A stretch of DNA of 37,844 nt from an uncultured Oceanibium sp. (GTDB taxonomy: Bacteria > Pseudomonadota > Alphaproteobacteria > Rhodobacterales > Rhodobacteraceae): the NCBI GenBank assembly GCA_964459085.1, contig CAYWND010000001.1, positions 1 to 37,844 of the forward strand, given 5' to 3'. The translations under genes and the position numbers were made by a program. The notes under the pieces are model-generated. The model did not search any database, was not told where the DNA came from, and worked only from the letters and a program-made list of their open reading frames with translations. Positions 24,234 to 32,585 of this stretch are shown here, in pieces. Position 1 is the first letter of the stretch. Each line of letters opens with the position of its first letter.

Positions 24234-24830
24234 GTGGCGCTGGAAGTTAGCGAAAGCACGATAATCGCCCAGGCGTTCCGGTTGCTGGCCCAGGCCGGCA
24301 TCAGTTCGTTTTCGGACACGTCGCAACAGGCGGCCGACGCGGCCGAGCAATACGGCGAGGCCCTGGGCATCTGTCTCGAGCATTCGGACTGGTCCTTTGC
24401 CCGGAATTTCGCCGAGCTTCCCGAAGTCACAACCCCTGCCCTAACCGATCCCAATCTGCCTTACGCCTACCAGCTGCCCGGCGATTGCGTGAAGCTGCGG
24501 TTCGTCTATCCCGACGGCACCAAATGGCGGGTCGATGAAACCCACCTCTGGGCCGATAGCCCGGCGCCGCTGCTGATCTTCTACACCCGAAACCTCGACA
24601 GTGAGGCAGGCATGCCGAAAAGCTTCCGCTTTGCTGTCTCGGCCAAGCTGGCCTGGGATCTGGCGCCCAAGGATGGGAAATCGTCCGCGGCGACCCAGCG
24701 GCTGGAGAAGACGTTCGAAACGGCCCTGCAGAATGCGGCCCGGAAGGACGCGCCGTTGCAATCTGCGGCGCGCTATGACGGTCAGGACATTGCCGTCAGC
24801 TCGGACTGGGCGACGGGGGCGACAGCATGA
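24234..24830 (+). CDS. Tail tubular protein A / adaptor (T7 gp11-like)
   Basis: DWSFARN..L, YAYQLPGDCVKL motifs; gene order. Confidence 0.8.
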   Translation: MALEVSESTIIAQAFRLLAQAGISSFSDTSQQAADAAEQYGEALGICLEHSDWSFARNFAELPEVTTPALTDPNLPYAYQLPGDCVKLRFVYPDGTKWRVDETHLWADSPAPLLIFYTRNLDSEAGMPKSFRFAVSAKLAWDLAPKDGKSSAATQRLEKTFETALQNAARKDAPLQSAARYDGQDIAVSSDWATGATA

Positions 24831-27040
24831 GGGCGTCGCCAGGACAGCGCGCGTTTTCCTCTGGCGAGATCTCGCCGCTGTTGCATGACCGGCCCGGATA
24901 CACCCGCCACAAAACAGGGCTCGAGGCCGCGGCGGGGTTCCTGCCATTGCGCCAGGGGCCGCTTACCCGCCAGCCAGGTACGCTGCACCGGGGATCGACC
25001 GACGGCAATGCGCAATGCGTCCTGGTCCCGTTCGTCTTTGCGGAAAACGACGCGGTCGTGCTCGAGTTCACCAACTTGAAAATGCGCGTCTGGCGGTATG
25101 GCGCCTTGGTCCTGGACGGGCCCAGCCCCTACGAGCTGGTCACGCCCTATGATCTGGCCGCGCTCGGGCGCATGCAGTTCGTGCAGTCAGCCGATGTCAT
25201 CTACATGGTCGATGGGCAGCTGCCCGTTCAGCGGCTGGCGCGCCTGGCCCTGGACAACTGGACGATCGGCGATGCGAGTTTCACAAACGGGCCATTTGCT
25301 GCCGGCAACACCGACAAGGCCCTGACGATCACGCCATCCGCTGAGACGGGAAGTGTGACGCTGACGGCCAGCGGCAATGTCTTCGAGGCCGGGCATGTTG
25401 GCGGACTGTTCATGCTGCAGACGCTGGATGATGACGTGCCAGGCTGGGCTGGTGGGGCTGGCGTCAGCCTTGGCGAACGGGTCCGCTATGACGGGCAAAT
25501 CTATGAGCTGGTGAGCGGAAACAACACCGGCGAAAACCCCCCGATCCACGCCGAGGGCGAGATCGCCTATGGCGGGACCGGAGATCCGGTCTGGCGATAT
25601 CTTTCAGACGATCTTGGGATCGTCCAGATCGACACGGTCTCCAGCCCAACGAGTGCGACAGCTACGGTGGTCAAGCGGATCCCGCCAGGTGTCGCCAGCA
25701 ATGGAACCTATGTCTGGGCCGAGGGGGCCTGGTCGACGAAAAACGGCTATCCATCCGCGATCGAGATCCACGATCAGCGGCATGTTCTAGCCGCAACCCC
25801 TGCCGAGCCGCGGACTGTCTGGTTTTCGACCGCGGGGGATCTGCTGGATTTTCAGCCAGGCACGCTGGACGACAGCGCATTCGCCTACACGATCGGCGGC
25901 AACAGATCCGTCAACCAGGTGCTGTGGCTACTTTCGGGTGCTCGCGGCCTGCACATCGGCGCGCTTGGCGAGGAGTATTCGTCGCGGTCAACGGTTGAGA
26001 GCCAATCGCTTGGTCCGCGGACCGCGCGGTTTCTGACTGACGCGACAATCGGATCCAAAGCGGCGCAGCCGATCGCGCCGGATGGGCGGCCGGTCTTCAT
26101 CAGCCGAGATGGTCGGCGTGTGTTCGAGCTGCGCTATCAGTTTTCCGAAGACAGCAACGCCCCGATCGAAATGAGCCTGCCGGCCGAGCATCTGGGCGTT
26201 GCCGGGTTTGAGCAGATCGAGTGGCAATCAGCGCCTCTGCGCCAGGCCTGGCTGCGACGTGCCAATGGCGAGCTGGCGGTGTTGGTGCACGAGCCGGCCG
26301 AGGAAGTTTTGGGCTGGGCCCCGCTTCCCGTGGCGGATGGCTTTGTCGAGACGATGTGTGTCACGCCGGCCGCCGATGGCAGTCGGGATATCCTGACGCT
26401 TTGCGTGCGCCGTGAAATCGATGGTCAAACCGTTCGCTATATCGAGGACCTGGCCCCGATCTACGGGATCGCTGCGGCCGGCACCGATATCGCTGATGCG
26501 GTACATCTCTTTGCCAGTGCCCAGGGCACGTTTGCAGATCCGGGCAATGCCACGATCACTGGTCTCGATCATCTCGAGGGCGAGGAAGTGTTCGTCTGGA
26601 CAGATCTCGGCGAGCTCGGGCCGCTGACTGTATCGGGCGGGCAGATCACCGTCGAACAGCCGGTCACAAAGTACGTCGTCGGCTTGTTCGATGCGAGCCA
26701 CCGCGGGGTTACGCTGGACCCCGTCACCGAAGCGCCGGATGGCTCGACGCTTGGCCGGAACAAGCGCCTGGTATCTGCAGCGATCTCGATCAGAAACACG
26801 GTCGATCTCGAGCTGGTGACAATCCAGCGGGAGGCTGGCGAGCCGGACATTTACGGCAAGCCGCTTCGCCTATCCGACCGCGCAGTCCCCAGCGACCTGG
26901 TTTCCGGTTACGCCGGCAAACTGCAGCTGCCCCTGACCACCGGGATGGCCGATCAGGTCCATGTCGAGTTTCGACCCGTCGGAGGCGCGCCAGCAACACT
27001 GACCGGGTTCACCCCAAATACCGACATCGGGGGGGTGTGA
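24827..27040 (+). CDS. Tail tubular protein B / nozzle (T7 gp12-like)
   Basis: FSSGEISPLL, LVPFVF, QSADV, GYPS......QR, VWFS..GD..DF. Confidence 0.87.
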   Translation: MRASPGQRAFSSGEISPLLHDRPGYTRHKTGLEAAAGFLPLRQGPLTRQPGTLHRGSTDGNAQCVLVPFVFAENDAVVLEFTNLKMRVWRYGALVLDGPSPYELVTPYDLAALGRMQFVQSADVIYMVDGQLPVQRLARLALDNWTIGDASFTNGPFAAGNTDKALTITPSAETGSVTLTASGNVFEAGHVGGLFMLQTLDDDVPGWAGGAGVSLGERVRYDGQIYELVSGNNTGENPPIHAEGEIAYGGTGDPVWRYLSDDLGIVQIDTVSSPTSATATVVKRIPPGVASNGTYVWAEGAWSTKNGYPSAIEIHDQRHVLAATPAEPRTVWFSTAGDLLDFQPGTLDDSAFAYTIGGNRSVNQVLWLLSGARGLHIGALGEEYSSRSTVESQSLGPRTARFLTDATIGSKAAQPIAPDGRPVFISRDGRRVFELRYQFSEDSNAPIEMSLPAEHLGVAGFEQIEWQSAPLRQAWLRRANGELAVLVHEPAEEVLGWAPLPVADGFVETMCVTPAADGSRDILTLCVRREIDGQTVRYIEDLAPIYGIAAAGTDIADAVHLFASAQGTFADPGNATITGLDHLEGEEVFVWTDLGELGPLTVSGGQITVEQPVTKYVVGLFDASHRGVTLDPVTEAPDGSTLGRNKRLVSAAISIRNTVDLELVTIQREAGEPDIYGKPLRLSDRAVPSDLVSGYAGKLQLPLTTGMADQVHVEFRPVGGAPATLTGFTPNTDIGGV

Positions 27041-27043
27041 GCC

Positions 27044-27544
27044 ATGGGAACGCTTGTTGCCGCAGGATTGAAAGGCCTCGCATCGTCGGGCGTCGGTGTC
27101 GGATTGAGCACGGCTGCGATGCTCTATACGGGCTATTCGACCTATCAGACGTCCAAGCAAAACACGGCCCATATCGCCGAGCAACGCGAGACGGAACGGC
27201 GGTTGAACTTCATCCGCGACCAGCGCACGCGCGACAAGGTGCGGCAGCAGCTGGCCACGCAGCGCGCCGAGTTGGCCAGCCGGGGGATCCAGCTCGACAG
27301 TCCCACGGCGATCATGCTGGGCCGCGATGCGGCCGAGGAGCTGGAGTTTCAGTCGGCCGCCGTCCGCCGCGGCGGCGAAGCGCGCGACCAGGAGCTATCG
27401 GCCGAACAGCGCATGGTGCAGGCGCGGGGCAAGCAAGCGCTCTTTGGGCAGGGCCTGAGCGCCGCTGGCTTTGTTCTGCAGCAGGCGCCGGATCTGTGGC
27501 CAGGCCTCTATGATGATAGTCCGCCGCAGGGGGTTTTGGCATGA
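27044..27544 (+). CDS. Internal virion/ejection protein (gp14-like)
   Basis: Gly/Ala-rich hydrophobic N-terminus, QRAELASRGIQL.SPT motif. Confidence 0.7.
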   Translation: MGTLVAAGLKGLASSGVGVGLSTAAMLYTGYSTYQTSKQNTAHIAEQRETERRLNFIRDQRTRDKVRQQLATQRAELASRGIQLDSPTAIMLGRDAAEELEFQSAAVRRGGEARDQELSAEQRMVQARGKQALFGQGLSAAGFVLQQAPDLWPGLYDDSPPQGVLA

Positions 27545-29694
27545 CCTTGCTGACGGTCCCTCAAGGTGGAACAGATCCAGGGCGCGCCGCCCGTGTCCGG
27601 GAAGTTCCCAGCGGCCTCGGACAGGCTGTCGAGCAGGTTGGCAACGCCATGATGCAGGCGGCCGACCGGATCAAGCAGGATCGCCACCGGTCGCAGCAAG
27701 CCCAGGCGCAAATCTCCATGACGTCGCAGCTGAACGATCTTCGGCTGGAGCTCGAGCAATCCGGTGATCCGGACTTCATCGATGCCGAATACGCGCGGCG
27801 CGCCGGCGAGATCCGCGAGACGGTCGTCGCCGGCGTCGATGAGCAGATCCGGGAAAATGTCGGGTTCGCCTTCGATGATCTCTCCAATCGCCACGGCTAC
27901 CAGCTGGGGCGCGCGTCGATCGGCTTGCGTCAGTCGCGTGGGCGCGCCGAGCTGGATCGCTACGCCACAACGCTCCAGCAGGCCGCGCCGGGGGCCGGCG
28001 TTGATGCCAAGGCTGGCATGCTCGCACAGTACGAGGCGCAGCTTGCTCAGGCGCAGGCCCTGGGGATCATCACGCCCGAGGATGCAGAGGCGCGCCTGCA
28101 GGGGGTTCGATCAACCACAGACGAGATCGAGGCCCGGCGCCTATTGGCCGAGAACCCGGCCGGCCTTGCGGTCGCGCTCGAGGACAACGCGCGTTTTGCC
28201 AACATCCCGGGAACGACGCGCGAAGTTTTGCGACGATCGGCCTTGTCCGCAGTCGCGTCGATCGAGAGCAAAGCGGCAGCCGAAGCTGAGCGCCAGGCGG
28301 GCGAGCGCCAGGCGCAGGTTGGTGAAGATCTGCGCAACATGGTTTCGATCGCGCGCGCCGGTCGAGTGAGCGGTGACGAACATCTGCTGGAGGATCCGGA
28401 ATACCAGGATCACCCGGGCTATGCCGAGGCCGCGGCCGCGGTGAAATTGCGCAACGCCCTGCCCGAGTTTGCCAGCCTTCCTGTTGGTCAGATGGACGAT
28501 CTGATCCGCCAGGAGGAGGCGCGGAAAGTCACCGAAAAATTCGAGCCGCGGATCCTGGATGCCATGCGATCGGCCAGAGATGGCGCGGCCGAGGCCTGGG
28601 CGGACGACCCGATCGCAAAAGCGGCGGATATGTTTGGCGACATCGAGGGCGCAGCCCTGCCGCCCGAGCTGCCCGAATTCGATGCGTCCGACCCGACGGC
28701 CTTTGGTCAGGCTTTGGCTGCCCGCAGGCGCTATGCGCAATCGCTTGAGGTTGCCGGCTATGTGCCGCGCTCGGTGTATTTCACGAAGGCCGAGCGTCAG
28801 TCCCTGGCCGAGCTCGCGGCGATCGATGCCGCGCCGGCCGATCGCGCGGCGCTGGCCGGAACCCTGGTTTCCGTTTTTGGCCCGCAGGCCGGCGCGGTAT
28901 TTCGCGAGCTCGAGGTCGATCCAGTGTTCGCGCATATGGGCGGCATGATGGTTGCCGGCGGCGATCCTCGCGTGATCCAGGAGGCCTTCGCAGGTCAGCA
29001 GGCCCTTGCCGAGAAAACCGTCGAGCTGCCCACCACCGCCAGGCGGCGTGAAACCTCCTTTGATACGCTGAACACGATCTTCGCGCCGCGTCAGACCCAG
29101 GATGGCAGGATCGTTCCAAGCGAAAAATCGGCAAGTGCGGTGCGCGCGGCTGCAGCTGCGATCTACGCGGCCCGGGCCCGCGGGATCGAGCCGGACAGCG
29201 AGGATGCAGCCGAGCTCTACGAGCAAGCCCTGCAGCAGGCTATGGGGGCGCGGCTGGGTTCGAATGGCAGTGTCATCTCGGGCGGGATCCAGACTGTCCA
29301 GGGCGTGCCGACGATCCTGCCGCCAATGGCGACTGCCGCCGCGGCCGAGCGGGCGCTGGATCTCGCTGCGACGGTCAATTCCGAGTTTCTGCGGTCGCCT
29401 GAACGCGGGGCGATGCGTCGGGGCGAACCAATGCCAAAAGTCCCAAATCCGCTGTTTGGGCAGCCGGTCTGGCAGACTGCATCGCGGACCGGGGGCGAGC
29501 CGCAGTTTCGGGGGCAGGCGATCACAGCCGATCAGATGGCCCGGATCGAGTTGCGCGCCGTTGGCAGCGATCACTACGAAATCGTGCTGCCAATCCAGGG
29601 CACAAACTACATCGCCGCCGATAGCGAAACCGGCACAGCGTTCCGGTTCAGCCTCGAGGCATTGATCGCTGAGACGGGGGCATATCTCGAATGA
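27541..29694 (+). CDS. Internal virion/ejection protein (gp15-like)
   Basis: 717 aa Ala-rich helical protein in the ejectosome block. Confidence 0.65.
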   Translation: MTLLTVPQGGTDPGRAARVREVPSGLGQAVEQVGNAMMQAADRIKQDRHRSQQAQAQISMTSQLNDLRLELEQSGDPDFIDAEYARRAGEIRETVVAGVDEQIRENVGFAFDDLSNRHGYQLGRASIGLRQSRGRAELDRYATTLQQAAPGAGVDAKAGMLAQYEAQLAQAQALGIITPEDAEARLQGVRSTTDEIEARRLLAENPAGLAVALEDNARFANIPGTTREVLRRSALSAVASIESKAAAEAERQAGERQAQVGEDLRNMVSIARAGRVSGDEHLLEDPEYQDHPGYAEAAAAVKLRNALPEFASLPVGQMDDLIRQEEARKVTEKFEPRILDAMRSARDGAAEAWADDPIAKAADMFGDIEGAALPPELPEFDASDPTAFGQALAARRRYAQSLEVAGYVPRSVYFTKAERQSLAELAAIDAAPADRAALAGTLVSVFGPQAGAVFRELEVDPVFAHMGGMMVAGGDPRVIQEAFAGQQALAEKTVELPTTARRRETSFDTLNTIFAPRQTQDGRIVPSEKSASAVRAAAAAIYAARARGIEPDSEDAAELYEQALQQAMGARLGSNGSVISGGIQTVQGVPTILPPMATAAAAERALDLAATVNSEFLRSPERGAMRRGEPMPKVPNPLFGQPVWQTASRTGGEPQFRGQAITADQMARIELRAVGSDHYEIVLPIQGTNYIAADSETGTAFRFSLEALIAETGAYLE

Positions 29695-32585
29695 CCTTCT
29701 TTCTCGATCAATCGCCGCTGCCCGAACCGCCCAACGATTTGCCAGGGGATCAGGATCCTGGCCTGGTCGATGGCCTGGGGGCAGCCTGGACTGCAGAGGC
29801 GATCGAAACTGACGCCTGGCACCGCCAAAACCAGGCAACCTTGGACGTGCTCGAGGAGATCGAGGCGCAGATCCCGACGCCGCTGCGGGTCGAAGATACG
29901 AGGCCTCCGAAGGTACAAGCGCGGCATGGCGGCCTCAGCGACGATCGCATCGATCGCGCACTCGAGGGCGCCGGCCTGGCCGCCGCGCGGGATCCAGGCG
30001 CATGGGGAAATTTGCCGCTCGATCGCGATCAGCTCGAGGCGGAAGTCAATCGCCGCCAGCAGGCCGAATGGGAAGACGCAATGCAAACCCTCGGCCTTTT
30101 GGGATGGGGGCGCGGCCTGGTCGAATTTACGGGTCGTGGTGCCAGGGCGATGACTGATGAAGTGTCCCTGTTGACCGCCCCGCTTGGCGGGCCCGGCAAG
30201 TCGATCCTTGGGACAGTTGTCCGCGGTGGTGTTGCCGGTGGTGCAGCTGAAAGCATGATCCTGCCGAAAATGTATGAAGTGTCCGATCGGCTCGATGTCC
30301 CAGAGCCCAATCCGCTTGCGCAGCTCGGCATGGGGATCGCCTTCGGTGGCGCCTTGGCTGGGATCTTCGATGGTGGCGCGCGGTATCTTCAGTACCTGCG
30401 CGGGCGAAAGCTCCAGGACGATGACGTCCCTGCGGGATCCGACGCGATCGAGGCCGAGGCGCAGGTTACAGCAGTTGAACGCGCGCTAGAGGACGGTGCG
30501 CCGATCTCGGCCGTCGCAGGCGGCGTGGCGGAAGTGAACCTGGTCAAGGATATCACGGCCGCGATCGATGCGGGCGAGGCCGGCGGCGACTATCGCGCGC
30601 TTTTTAATTTTTCCAACAGATCCGGTGGACCGTTTGGCGGCATCGATGTCACAACCATGACCATTGACGAGCTCCTGGCGTTTGCGGATCCGCGCGGGGC
30701 CTATGGTCAGTACGTGAAGCGGAACAACCCCCGGGGCGAGGTCGCGACCCCAATGGGGCGCTACCAGATCGTCGGATCGACGTTGCGCCGTCTCAAGAAC
30801 CGATTGGGCCTGACCGGGACAGAGGTGTTCGATCGCGCCATGCAGGATCGCCTTGGTCGCGTTCTCATGGCCGATGCCGGCCTGGATCTTCACTTGTCCG
30901 GGGCAATGTCGCGTGCGGATCTGGATCGCAATCTGCGCGGTGTCTGGGCGGGCTACCGGGCAGGCGCCCGAGGGGCCGCCGGCAATGTCGATGCGCCCTA
31001 CATTCCGACGCGTGCCGGGTATACCCTGCCCGACCAGGTGGGAACCGGCACCGGCCGTCGCGTCGATGTTTCCTACGAGGTTGTGGACGCGTCTTTGCTG
31101 CAGCGGGCAACCGGGGATCTGCAGCCGCGTGATCGGGGCCGTGTCACGAGCGACGAGCAGATCGCCGAGATCGCGGCGCGATTGGATCCCGCGCGCCTTA
31201 TGCCGACGGCCGAGGCGGATCGCGGGGCCCCGATCGTCGGTCCTGACAACATCATCGAAAGCGGCAATGGCCGCGTCCAGGCCATCGTGCGCGCAAACGA
31301 GCTTTATCCGGACCGCGCCCAGGCCTATCGAAATGCAATCGAGGCGGCCGGCTTCGACGTTCCCGAGGGCGTAGACGCGCCCGTCCTGGTTGCCCGGCGG
31401 ACCAGCGATCTATCGGATGCCGATCGTGCAGCGTTTGCGCGCGAGGCGAACGCATCCGAGATCTCACGCATGAGCGCGACCGAACAGGCCCGCGTGGATG
31501 CCGCAGCGCTGACACCGGACGCGCTGTCCCTTTATCGGCCCGACCGCGACCTGTTCTCGCCTGAAAATGACACTTTCGTGCGCCAGGTTCTGCGAGGGAT
31601 CCCGCGAAACGAGCGGGCGGCGCTGATCGGTCGGTCGGGCAGGCTAAATGTCGATGGCCAGCGCAGGGTGCGCCAGGCGCTCTTTGCGCGCGCATTCGGT
31701 GATACGCGCCTATTGGAGATCATTGCCGAGACTGGCGATCGGACGATGTCCGGTATCCTGCAGGCGCTGGAGGATGCGGCACCTTCCTGGGCCCAGCTGC
31801 GCGCGGCAATCGATGCTGGCGATGTCAGTCCGGACCTCGATGCTGTTCCGCACCTGGTCGATGCGGTTGATCTGATATCCAAGGCCCGCGGTGAAGCGGG
31901 CGGCACGGTGCGTGCCCGCATCGACGATGCCCTGGGCTCGCCAGACCTGATCGACGGCGCACTGGATCCGGCAGTTGCCGCATTTGTCGAAATTTTCTAC
32001 AATGGACCCCGCGCCCGGAACGCCTCGGACGTTGCAGAAATTCTTAAAGCCTATGCCTCTGAGGCGTTGATTATCCGCGGCGGCCCCGATCTTTTCGGGG
32101 ATGCGCTCAGCGTCGGACCAAGGGAGATCCTGAATGCCGCAAATCGCGAACGCGACATCTTCGCCGGCGCTGCGCCGGACACTGGGCCGCGTAATGATGG
32201 ATCATGGGGCGGACAGCTCGGACAAGGCGCTGATGGCGGCGGGCCGGAAGTTGGTCAACTCGAGCTCGACCCCAGGATCTTCGACCCCGAGCCGTTCCAA
32301 GACGGCGCGGCGTCGGAAGGGGCGCAAAGGGCCGCCGACGAACTAGAGGCCGAGCTTCGGTCAGATATACCCAGCGAGAGCGCGAGGGGCGGGGGAAGCG
32401 ATGGGGCTTCTCCCGCCGACGGCGAGTTTGCCGCGCGTGACCTGGCGCCGGGGTCGATCGATGATCTGGAAGTGGAAGACGCGGCCGGCAACGTGATCCG
32501 TGCGCGGGATCTACTGGACGATCTCGAAAACGAGGATGCTGCTGTCCAGGTGATCGAGGCCTGCAACCCGAAAGGGGGTGCATGA
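29691..32585 (+). CDS. Polyvalent ejection protein: lysozyme-fold muramidase + DdrB-like ParB domain
   Basis: AGEAGGDY...MTIDEL...PMGRYQIVGSTL...FDRAMQDRL; LQPRDR...IAARLDPARL...GAPIVGPDNIIESGNGR. Confidence 0.75.
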   Translation: MTFFLDQSPLPEPPNDLPGDQDPGLVDGLGAAWTAEAIETDAWHRQNQATLDVLEEIEAQIPTPLRVEDTRPPKVQARHGGLSDDRIDRALEGAGLAAARDPGAWGNLPLDRDQLEAEVNRRQQAEWEDAMQTLGLLGWGRGLVEFTGRGARAMTDEVSLLTAPLGGPGKSILGTVVRGGVAGGAAESMILPKMYEVSDRLDVPEPNPLAQLGMGIAFGGALAGIFDGGARYLQYLRGRKLQDDDVPAGSDAIEAEAQVTAVERALEDGAPISAVAGGVAEVNLVKDITAAIDAGEAGGDYRALFNFSNRSGGPFGGIDVTTMTIDELLAFADPRGAYGQYVKRNNPRGEVATPMGRYQIVGSTLRRLKNRLGLTGTEVFDRAMQDRLGRVLMADAGLDLHLSGAMSRADLDRNLRGVWAGYRAGARGAAGNVDAPYIPTRAGYTLPDQVGTGTGRRVDVSYEVVDASLLQRATGDLQPRDRGRVTSDEQIAEIAARLDPARLMPTAEADRGAPIVGPDNIIESGNGRVQAIVRANELYPDRAQAYRNAIEAAGFDVPEGVDAPVLVARRTSDLSDADRAAFAREANASEISRMSATEQARVDAAALTPDALSLYRPDRDLFSPENDTFVRQVLRGIPRNERAALIGRSGRLNVDGQRRVRQALFARAFGDTRLLEIIAETGDRTMSGILQALEDAAPSWAQLRAAIDAGDVSPDLDAVPHLVDAVDLISKARGEAGGTVRARIDDALGSPDLIDGALDPAVAAFVEIFYNGPRARNASDVAEILKAYASEALIIRGGPDLFGDALSVGPREILNAANRERDIFAGAAPDTGPRNDGSWGGQLGQGADGGGPEVGQLELDPRIFDPEPFQDGAASEGAQRAADELEAELRSDIPSESARGGGSDGASPADGEFAARDLAPGSIDDLEVEDAAGNVIRARDLLDDLENEDAAVQVIEACNPKGGA

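Noticed and set aside
28141-29838. Long antisense ORFs (also 10144-11556, 16351-17313, 18888-19961, 22751-23671, 35551-36621)
   Set aside because: Shadow frames opposite well-supported genes, expected from high-GC codon bias; no motifs
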